DNA of 64,000 nt. It comes from Octopus sinensis (taxonomy: Eukaryota). The notes under the pieces were generated by a model that had not been told where the DNA came from, ran no database searches, and was given only the letters and a program-made list of their open reading frames with translations. Each line of letters starts with the position of its first letter. Position 1 is the stretch's first letter. The stretch is taken from contig NC_043000.1 of assembly GCF_006345805.1 (NCBI RefSeq), positions 24,676,001 to 24,740,000 on the forward strand, in the 5' to 3' direction. Positions 53,117-64,000 of the stretch are shown here, piece by piece. Both the position numbers and the translations under genes were made by a program.

Positions 53117-55092
53117 GTATACATATATATAATGTAAAGGAATAAAGATTTGGAATCTGGGCTGGTACCTTATTAGCATTCTGATATAATTCATATCTGG
53201 TTAACCACGTTGGATGATAGGGAAAACACAGGATTGTTTAAGATAAACGATTAAATGATACTTCACTCGATAGGTAAATCCTGAGATGATGTATAACTCC
53301 CCATTCTGTTTTATAACACACACACACACACACCACACACACACACACACAGCTTTTACCTTTTACTTGCTTCTGTCATTCGACTTTGATCATGCTGAGT
53401 CACCAGCTTGAGGGATTTAGTCAAACAAATCAACCCCAGTAATTTTTTCCCCTTTTTTAATCTTCTTCTTGATGCTTTGCATTTATTCTATTAATCTTTC
53501 ATCACTGAAGCATTATGTTACAAGGAATATCAACAAACCAACATCATTTGTCAAGTGGTGGATGGGAAACACACACACACGGGGTTTCTATACAGTTTCC
53601 ATCTATAGGTGCAGGAGTGGTTGTGTGGTAAGTAGCTTGCTTACCAACCACATGGTTCCAGGTTCAGTCCCACAGCGTGGCACCTTGGGCAAGTGCCATC
53701 TACTATAGCCTTGGACCGACCAAAGCTTTGTGAGTAGATTTGATAGACGGAAACTGAAAGAAGCCCGTCGTATATATGTATATATATGTGTGTGTGTTTG
53801 TCCCCCCAACATCACTTGACAACTGATGCTGGTGTGTTTATGTCCCTGTAACTTAGCGGCTTGGCAAAAGAGACCGATAGAATAAGTACTTGGCTTACAA
53901 AGAATAAGTCCAGGGGTCGATTTGCTCGACTACAGGTGGTGCTCCAGCATGGCCACAGTCAAATGACTGAAACAAGTAAAAGAGGAAAAGAGCACCAAAT
54001 TCACACACAAGGCATTGATCAGCCCCAGGCTATATTAAAACGACACTTGCCCAAGCTACCACAGTGTGGGACTGAACCCAAAGACACATGGTTGCAAAAC
54101 ACGTTCCCTTATTCCATGCCTGTGCTTATACGCATTTCATGAAAGCCAGTTATGAAAGACTGACGTTCGTCGAATCTTTTCAATAAATCAATGCTACTCC
54201 TGAACAATCAAAGCAACAATGGAATTCTGAATTGGAATATTTCATAACATCCACATTGTTATTTCTTAGGATGAAATGATTCAATTCAACAATTTTATTT
54301 TATGAAAATATTTTGGTCATGCTTGGAATGTTTCATGCAAAAATTGGAACGAGTTGAAGGAAATGACAATAAAAGATAGATAATGATTCCACAACCAAGG
54401 AGTCTGGCTGCAATACTAGTTATTATAGTGGAAGAGGTTTCAAACCTAGGTAACAGCATTGCTAACTTTCTCACCTATTTGTCTCTAATTATATTCATGT
54501 GTGGTAAGTAACTTGCTTACTAACCACATAATTCTGGGTTCAGTCCCACTGCATGGCACCATGGGCAAGTGTCTTCTACTATAGCCTTGAGCTGACCAAA
54601 GCTTTGCGAGTGGATTTGATTGACAGAAACTGAAAGAAGCCCGTCGTATATATATATATACACACACACACGTGTGTTTATGTGTGTGTTTTTTGTCCCC
54701 ACAAAATTGCTTGAGAATCAAAGCTGGCATGTTTATGTCCCCATAACTTTGTGGTTCAGCAAAAGAGATTGATAGAATAACTACTAGGCTTACAAAGAAT
54801 AAGTCCTGGGGTTGATTTATTCAACTAATGGCAGTGCTCCAGCATGGCCACAGTCAAATGACTGAAACAAATGAAGTAATAAAAAACCAAAATATTTATC
54901 TTTTGTCTTTTACTCGTTTCAGCCATTTGACTGCGACCATGCTGGAGCACCACCCTGATGAGATTTTAGCTGAATGAATTGACCTTGGTACTTATCTCTT
55001 TGCTTAAGTCTAGTATTTATTCTATCAATCTCTTTTGTGAATTGCCAACTTACAGCAGTGTAAATACATCAACACCAGATATCAAGCAGTGG

Positions 55093-55124
<32 letters not shown>

Positions 55125-57059
55125 ACACACACATATGCAACAAGCTTGTTTCAATTTCTTATTTCTTTACTGTCCAGAAGGGGCTATACACACAGAAGGG
55201 ACAAACAAGGACAGACAAATAGATTAAGTCGATTATATCGACCCGAGTGCGTAACTGGTACTTATTTAATCGACCCCGAAAGGATGAAAGGCAAAGTCGA
55301 CCTTGGCGGAATTTGAACTCAGAATGTAGCGGCAGATGAAATACTTATTTCTTTACTACCCACAAGGGGCTACACAAGAAGGAACAAACAAGGTCAGACA
55401 AACGGATTAAGTTGATTATATCAACCCCAGTGTATAACTGGTACTTATTTAATTGACCCCAAAAGGATGAAAGGCAAAGTCAACCTCGGTGGAATTTGAA
55501 CTCAGAATGTAACGGCAGACAAAATACTGCAAAGCATTTCGCCCTGTGTGCTAACAATTCTGCCAGCTTGTTTCAGTTTCTGTCTACCAAATTCATTCAT
55601 AAGGCTTTGAACAGCCCGAGGCTTTAGTAGAAGACACTTGCCCAAGATGCCATATAGTAGGACTGAACCCGGAACAATATGACTGAGAAGCAAGCTTCTT
55701 ACCACACAGCCATGCTTGCACCAATGTATGTATATTCCTACAAAATTGCACTTGTATATGTATGAATATATGCATGAGCATGTGTGTGTGTGCACTTGAG
55801 TGGGTGTGGCTATATAGTGCTACTGCCCTCAAGGTGGCAAGCAGGCAGAAATGCTAGCACGTTGGACAAAATGCTTAGTGGTATTTCATGTCTTTATGTT
55901 CTGACTTCAAATTCCGCTGAGGTCGACTTTGCCTTTCATCCTTTCGGGGTCGATAAATTAAGTACCAGTTGTGCACTGAGGTCAATCTAATTGGTTGGCA
56001 CCCTCCCCCAAAATTTTGGGCCTTGTGCCTAGAGTAGAAAAGAATATATTTAATGGTAAAGCAGCGAGCTGGCAGAAACGTTAGTATGCCAGTCGAAATG
56101 TTTAGCACTATTTTGTCTGCCTTTACGTTCTGAGTTCAAATTCTGCCAAGGTCAACGTTGCCTTTCATCCTTTCGGGGTTGATAAATTAAGTACCAGCTG
56201 CATAAGGGGTCAATCTACTTGACTTGCCCCTCTCACAAAATTTCAGGCCTTGTGCCTAGAGTAGAAAAGTATATAGTACTACTGCCTAACTTCAGTTATA
56301 AAATTTGATGACTGGCCAAATATTTCATTCATTCAAAATTTAAAATATTCTAGAGGCTTCTCTATGCCTCATTAGTTTTTCAGGTGTGATTGCTGTTTAT
56401 CTCTTAATCAGAGAGAAAATCCCACCAAATATCTTAGTTTGAAAATTCAGCAATTCTCATTCTACATGAAAATGAAGTAATATCTAAGTGAATTGTCTAA
56501 AGTTACTCAATGCCCTCCGTCCTGCCAGTTTGTGTTGTTATGAAGTAAGAGAAACTTCAGAATAATGTCTGCTGATTGATGGATTCTTAAAAGACAGAAT
56601 TATCAGATAAGAAAATGTCAAAGTTTCCTAATGTCAGCAGGAAGTTTGCTTAGGTCACAGGAAGTTAGACTTTTAGAATCTTACAAGAAGAGCAATCATT
56701 AAAACAAATCAGGTATATATATAAGAAACATTTGTTGTTGTTGTTTTTTGTATTTAATTTGCAAAACTCTTGATGTGAATTTGTGTGTTAAAACATATTT
56801 ATGTGTCTCAGCAAGGTCAGATTGATTAAATGATTAATAAAATAATCAATTAGTTAATTAATTAAATGGTTAACCAAGTGACTAATAAAAATAAAGATGT
56901 GAAATAGAACCAGTGTGTGTGTGTGTGTGTGTTTATCATTGGCATAATGAACCTCCCAAAATTCCACAAAATATATGAAGTATTACTTCTCAAGATACCT
57001 ATATTAGATTCCAAATTATCAGCCATTTTATTAGCCATATATATTTCATTCTATTTTAG

Positions 57060-57535
57060 AGTGGCTACCCGGCTTCCATGCTAGTGGCACTTAAAAGGCA
57101 CCATTTGAGTGTGATCATTACCAACGTCGCCTTACTGGCACTTGAGCCCCGTGCTAGTAGGGTATTAAGAACACCATCCAAGCGTGATCGTTGCCAGAGC
57201 GGCTATCTGGTCTCCGTGTCGGTGGCACATAAAAGACACCATTTGAGTGTGATCATTACAAGTGCCACCTTACTGGCACCTGTGCCGGTGGCATGTGTAA
57301 AAGATTCGAGCAAGGTCATTGCCAGTACCGCCTGACTGGCCCCGTGACGGTGGCTTGTAAAAGCACCCACTACACTCTCGGAGTGGTTGGTGTTAGGAAG
57401 GGCATCCAACTGTAGAAATTCTGCCAGATCAAGATTGAAGCCTGGTGCAGCCATCTGGTTCGCCAGCCCTCAGTCATTCGTCCAACTCATGCTAGCATGG
57501 AAAGCAGACGTTAAACGATGATGGTGATGATGATG
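57060..57535 (+). mobile_element. Family C repeat, RTE-tail-like (ggaagggcatccagctgtag...gacgttaaacgatgatgat)
   Basis: More than 20 copies ending in (GAT)n, e.g. 19105-19530(-), 25808-26070(-), 28535-28915(+), 36535-36742(+), 41350-41672(+), 42990-43370(-), 49907-50225(-), 60648-60970(-), 62940-63340(-). The RTE assignment is from recalled tail motifs. Confidence 0.75.
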
Positions 57536-58329
57536 TTAGTGGACTGGTACAATCAGCTGAGTGACAGAATTGCCTTGCAATATTTCGTTGCACTCACAGA
57601 TACTCCAAGTTCAAATCCTACTGAGGTTGTATTTACTCTCCATCCTTCCTCAGTCGGTCATATAAGAACTAGTTGAGTAATTCAATCTAATTGATGAAAT
57701 CTGTTCCCAAATTTGTGGAATTGTGCCTAAGTTGAAAATCAATATTTTAAAATTTATTTCTCTGGTGGCTTAAATTTAACGACAAAACTTTTAAATATAT
57801 CAATAAAAATAAATAATTATTATAAATTTAGTATTGACAGATGGAATCTGAATTGATAGCTGATACATAAATCTGACAAGTAATGCAATTTAAATAAATT
57901 CGCTTGAGTGAAATTTCACTAAAGAAAAAAATAATAAACAAACAAATTTCTTCTTAAGGAAAAAGATTTTGGTTCTGTCTTTATAAATGTACAAATGGGT
58001 TTTTAATCTGATAGCTCACCTGCTTGGGTCTCTGTATAGACAAATTTTTAAAACTGAGGAAGAGGGGGAAAGAGAGGGATAGAGAGAGAAGGAAGAGAAA
58101 GCAGAGAAGAAAAGACTATTTATTTATGCTTTTAGTTGATCAGTATGCTACAAACTATAGTTATACCTCTCAGGTATAACTATATACTATAGTATATACT
58201 CTCAGGTATTTTAGAAGCAAACATAGAATATATTTGTGTTTAGATTCAATTATTACTTATCTTTAGATCTTTCGATACCAAACCATCTGAAATCCCTATT
58301 GGTTCTAAAAAACAAATTCCCTGTTTTAA

Positions 58330-58541
58330 CCCTTTTGATACCAACCCGACTGAAACCGGCTCTTGCTTTAAGTACAAATGTCTTGTTTTCATAAGTTTTG
58401 AATTAAAATCTTCCACCAAATCTTAGTCACAATTTATGTTCCTAATACTAGCTGAATGATAAAGTTATTTTACTAAATTCTTTGTTATATTTAATTGAAA
58501 GAAACACAGAATATCTAAAAATAAATATGGTAACGAAAGGG
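58330..58541. mobile_element. piggyBac-like MITE
   Basis: TTAA|CCCTTTTGATACC...GGTAACGAAAGGG|TTAA, same family. Confidence 0.75.
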
Positions 58542-61500
58542 TTAAGGAATCTAAATTAACAGATTCCATCCAAATTTTGCAATAAAGTTATTATAAAAGG
58601 TTCTTCCTTATTTTCAAAATTAATCAAAACAAAGCAGAGTTTTTCAATGTAAATTGAGTAACCAAAAGGTTAATATTTCTTTTAAATACAAAATTTTAAA
58701 AAATAGATCATAAAATTTTCTTAAGCTGTGGATGTGTGGTTAAAAAGTTCACTTTGCAATCACATAGTTTCAGGTTCAGTCCCACTGTGTGGTGCCTTGG
58801 GCAAGTGTCTTTTATCATAGCCTCAGGCTGACCAATTTCTTGGGAGTGAATTTGGTAGCCAAACTATACTCTTTTACTTGTTTCAGTCATTTGACTGTGG
58901 CCATGCTGGAGCATCACCTTTAGTAGAGCAAATCGACCCCAGGACTGATTCTTTGTAAGCCTAGTACTTCTTCTATCGGTCACTTTTGCTGAACCACTAA
59001 GCTACGGGGACACAAAGCGATGCTGGAGGGACAAACACAGACACACAAACAAACACTGACACACACACACACACACATATATATATACGACGGGCTTCTC
59101 TCAGTTTCTGTCTACAAATCCACTAACAAGGCTTTAGTTGGCCTGAGGCTACAGTAGAAGACACTTGCCCAAGGTGCCACGCAGTGGGACTGAACTTGGA
59201 ACCATGTGGTTCATAAGCAAGCTACTTACCACACAGCCACTCCTGCACCTTGGAAGCCCATTGTATATATGTGTATACATTTTTGCATTTACGTTTGTCA
59301 CCCCTCCCACTTGATAACTAGAGTTGTTTTTTTTTTTACATCCATATAAGACAGTTCAGCAAAAGAGACCTATACAATAAAAATCAGACTTTTGAAAAAT
59401 TATATAAAAACCAAGTACAGGGGTCAATTTATTTGACTAAAACCCTTCAAGGTAGTGCCCCAGCATGGCCACAGCCCAATGACTGAAACAAGTAGAAAAA
59501 TTTTTTAAATCAAGATAATAATTATTTCTTCTCTTCAATGTCATTCAATGAGCTTTGCACAAGTGTTTGATGTAAGAAGTCATCACATTGGCTCTGATTT
59601 TTACTTTTGTTGTAAGAGGCCTTGGTCTCTACAAACTTTTGTCTTGCAAGTTACTTGGCAATCCTGCTGCTGCCACTGCCGGTGACATGTAAAAAGTACC
59701 TGTGCTGTTGACATGTAAGAGGCACCCGTGCTGGTGACACATAAAGGGCACTTGTATTGGTGACACATAAAGGCACCGATGGCGGTACCATGTAAAAGGC
59801 ACCAATGTTAAATGGTGCACATATGAAAGGTGCCCATGCCAGAGACATCATCATTTAACGTCCCCTTTCCATGCTAGCATGGGTTGGATGAATGACTGAG
59901 GGCTGGCAAACCAGATGGTTGCACCAGGCTCCAATTTGATCTGGCAGACTTTCTACAGCTGGATGCCCTTCATAATGCCAACCACTCCGAGAGTGTAAAA
60001 GGTATTTGTGATAGTGACATATAAAAGGTACCCAGTACACTCTGTAAAGTGGTTGGCATTAGGAAGGGCATCCAGCCATAGAAACCAAGAAACCAAGCCA
60101 AAACAGGTGACTGGAGCCAGGTGTGGCTCTTTGGCTTACCAGCTCCTGCCAAACTGTCTAACCCATGCTACTATGGAAAACAGACATCACATTATGATGA
60201 TGATGATGATGTTTAATCTGATTCAAAATAAAAGTGCTAAATTCAAGTTTGGATAATCCATCAGAACAGCAAAGTGTTAATTCTATGTCCTGGACCAAGA
60301 AAATATATTTATCTTGGCTCCATATTTCACTTCCTTAATTGAAAAAGAAATTATGATATGAAGCAAATGTCAAAAACCTAACACTTCCCAATTAAATGTC
60401 ATATTTTAGGCCTAAATAGCAGGTCTAAAGTGCAAAAGCCAAAATCTCTTAAAAGTTAACCTTTAAGAATTTATCCAAACTTCACCAGAAAGTTACAAAT
60501 AAGTTTATAAGTGGTGTGCTTTGAAAATATCTGAACTGTAGAATAAATGTCTAAAATCTATTGTGATAAATGCAGGTCTTACTTTTGTTGATTTTATATA
60601 TAATAAATTGCTCTCATTCTTGATTTTCCCAAATTAAGGGATGCCTCTCATCATCATCATCATCATCATCATCGTTTAACGTCCGCTTTCCATGCTAGCA
60701 TGGGTTGGACAATTTTGACTGAGGGCTGGCGAACCAGATGTCTGCACCAGGCTCCAATCTTGATCTGGCAGAGTTTCTACAACTGGATGCCCTTCCTAAC
60801 TCCAACCACTCCGAGAGTGTAGTGGGTGCTTTTTACATGCCACCGGCACGAGGGCCAGTCAGGTGGTACTGGCAATGACCTCGCTCGAATCTTTTTACAC
60901 GTGTCACCGGCACAGGTGCCATTGAAGCGACGTTGGTAATGATCACACTCGAATGATGCCTTTTAAGTGCCCTGTCTTACATTAATCTATAAACAAACAT
61001 TTAGACCAGAATTTGGTTATTAGCAAGTGTGGTTGTGTGGTTAAGATACTTTCTCCCTGACCATGCGACCTTGGATTCAGTCCCACTCTGCAATACCTTG
61101 GGCAAGAGTCTTCTACAATAGCTGCAGGCTTCATAGTGGATTTCATAGATGGAAACTGAAACAAGCCTGTTGTATATACATGAGCGTAGGAGTGGCAGTG
61201 TAGTTAAGTAGCTTGCTTATGAACCACATGGTTCTGGGTTCAGTCCCAATGTGTGGCACTTTGGGCAAGTGTCTTTTACTATAGCCTCAGGCCAACTAAA
61301 GCCTTGTGAGTGGATTTGGTAGACGGAAACTGAAAGAAACCCGTTATATATATGTATATATATGTATGTGTGTATATGCTTGTGTGTCTCTGTTTCTCCT
61401 CCAAACATTGCTTGACAACCGATGCTGGTATGTTTACGTCCCCATAACTTAGCAGTTCGGCAAAAGAGACTGATAGAATAAGTACTAGGCTTATGAAGAA

Positions 61501-61659
61501 TAAGTTGTGGGGTCGATTTGCTTGACTAAAGGTGGTGCTCTAGCATGGCCACAGTCAAATGACTGAAACCAGTAAAAGAGTATGCTTATACACACAAATA
61601 CACCCAAATGTATGTGTAAATGTGTGTGTATGTGCATGTGTGCATTCGTTTGAACCCCT

Positions 61660-61890
61660 ATGTTGACATCACATGATAGTCGCAAAATGAGCATCACCAT
61701 CATAAAAGCAGTGTTGTTCATTTCCAGTCTGCTGTGGAAAACTTGTCTGGGTATGGAGAAGTATTACCATGGTTGGAAACAGGTGAAGGTTGGTGACAGA
61801 AAAGGCATCCCAGCTGTAGAAAACCTGCCTGAAAAAATTCCATCTGACTGATGCAAATATGGAGAAGTGGATGTTAAATGACGGTGATGG
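61660..61890 (+). mobile_element. Second RTE-tail-like subfamily
   Basis: tggaaacaggtgaaggttggtgacag...gatgttaaatga; related copies at ~33425-33625(+) and ~39955-40190(-). Confidence 0.55.
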
Positions 61891-64000
61891 TTTTAATTGA
61901 AGCTGTTCATACTGACTGCTAATATTCTCACAAATATTAATGCAATAATAAATCTAACCTGCCACCAAAATAGAACAGAAGCACTATGTTCTCTATTAGA
62001 ATCATAGAACATTTCTATAATTACCCTATTCACATGAAACTAACTATGGCAACAAGCTCAACTCTAACTATTGGCATATTCTGGGGTTCTTTCTTGCTAT
62101 ATTTTTCGTAATAGTTGAGCTGGGAAACAGCAAAAAAATAATTCCGATCAACTGGAGATTGCATTGTTTAATTTTTTCCCCTTTCTTCCTGAATAATTTT
62201 AACATATTTCCTCTCTTTCTAAATGATTTCAAAGGATTTCCTTTAATTTCCAATATCAAAACAACTAAATTGACTTTGGATACCCATTAAAAACACAAAG
62301 ACAGCATATTTCTTTTAAAAAAAAATGAAAACAAGAAAAAAGAAAACAATTTAAAAGAGAATTAATTTTTCTGTTTTAAATTCGCAGTCAAAGGAAATGA
62401 AGTGATTAGTAAGACTTTATAGCAATGTAATTCTCTTAAAATTCTGTTAGAGTAGCCATTTTGAAGGAATCAGGAATTAGAGATACAAGAGAAATTACTT
62501 ATAGAAGATCCAAGATAAATTCTAATCTCAAAAAATTCAAATTCTTTGGAGAGAAACTTTGCAAGGAAACTGTTTGCCTTTTTTTTTTATGTTGATTTGA
62601 AAATATCTACACTTCAAGGCAGAAGAATATATTATATATTCTGTTAAGGAATGAATCGCAGAAAGTTGCAATTGGAAAATAGCAGCTTCTTAATCTTTTT
62701 AATCTGCTTAAGCAGAGATTAACTAAATGCAAAACACTCTTGATAAAAGAAATCATGTTTGGCAACAGAAAAAAAATTATGTAAAATTTAGATATTTCTG
62801 TAGTTGGGACAAATGCTGTGAGTATATATCAAAGATAACATTTTTTCTTTTTTTACTGTTTATCTTTTAGTTTAAGTCATTGGACTGTGGCCATGCTGGG
62901 GCACCACTTTCAAGGGGTTTAGTCAAATGAATTGATCCCCCACCTCATCAGTACACCAGTCTGATTTGGCATGGTTTTCTACGGATGGATGCCCTTCTTA
63001 ACGCCAACCACTCTAACAGTGTAATGGGTGCTTTTATGTGCCACTGGCATGGGTGCCATTTGCGTGACACCAGTATCTGCCGTGACTGATTTTACTTGGC
63101 TTGATGGGTCTTCTTCTCAAGCATGACATGATGCCAAAGGTCTTGGTCATTGCCTCCATGAGGCCCAACACTGGAAAGGAACTCAGCCATTTTGCCTCCA
63201 TGAGGCCCAAAACTCAAAAAGATTCATCCGCTTTGCCTCTGTGAGGCCCAAAGCTGAAAAGTTTCTCTTTATGTGCCAGTTACGTGACACCAGCATTGGC
63301 CATGACTATGATTCCACTTGGCTTGCGGGTCTTCTCAAGCACAGCATCAGTGAAATAACTTTTGCAAGAACCAGAGAGCTGAGGAGTCCTATTCAGCTGC
63401 CACCATTCGCTATTGGATAGTGATCATCTACAGTGTGTAAGTGAGAGGTGTTTATGTCATCATTACAATCAGGAAAAAGGCAATGAGCTGGCAGAAACGT
63501 TAGCACGCTGGGCGATATGCTCAGCAGTATTTCGTTTGCCATTACGTTCTGAGTTCAAATTCCGCCAAGGTCGACTTTGCCTTTCATCCTTCTGGGCTCG
63601 ATAAATTAAGTACCAGTTGCATAATGGAGTTGATCTAATTGACTGGCCCCCTCCCTCAAAATTTTGGGCCTTGTACCTAAAGTAGAAAAGAATATAATCA
63701 GGAAAAAAAAAATTTAAGAAAAAAACAAAATGAAAGAGCTGACAGCTCTTTCATTTCTCCTTGTTAATTATTTCATTAATTCCTTGTTAATTATTTGTCA
63801 GCTGATTAGTTATGTATCTTTGCTTTGCATTCATTTCCTTCAGAAGTTGACTTTGCCTTTCACCCATCCAGAATACAAGTCAAGGACTAAGTGGGGGTTT
63901 ACTAAATTAATTGCCCCCTTTTCTTTAATAATGAAACTTTGTACTTATGCTATAAATAAATCAATTCATCATCATCATCGTCATCATCTTTTAACGTCTG

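Noticed and set aside
44908-64000. Expected upstream Magi exon (...DNLYxRTVP)
   Set aside because: Not found by eye. Near-matches at ~45030 and ~45710 lack an open frame and splice sites.

Overview
AT-rich, microsatellite-dense eukaryotic genomic DNA, most likely a cephalopod (Octopus-like, inferred from repeat style and not checked against a database). The only supported protein-coding content is two minus-strand exons of a Magi (membrane-associated guanylate kinase, inverted) gene: a 120-nt GK-domain exon (44788-44907) and a 295-nt exon running from the GK end into WW1 (8598-8892). A 35,895-nt intron joins them in frame. The rest is intronic and filled with mobile DNA: four abundant SINE-like families, three non-autonomous Helitrons, TTAA-flanked piggyBac-like MITEs, a hAT-like MITE, an internally deleted mariner, an R4/Dong-like LINE tail and three local tandem duplications. 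The most interesting signal is a set of short, mutually unrelated elements sitting in (TA)n tracts that carry type I hammerhead-ribozyme folds with palindromic helix III, plus foldback ends (Penelope-like or retrozyme-like). The best example is a 362-nt partial-tandem unit at 7551-8065. All folds were read by eye and no ribozyme activity is shown. Nearly all ORFs in the supplied track are microsatellite or SINE artefacts. SINE coordinates are approximate and list representative copies only.
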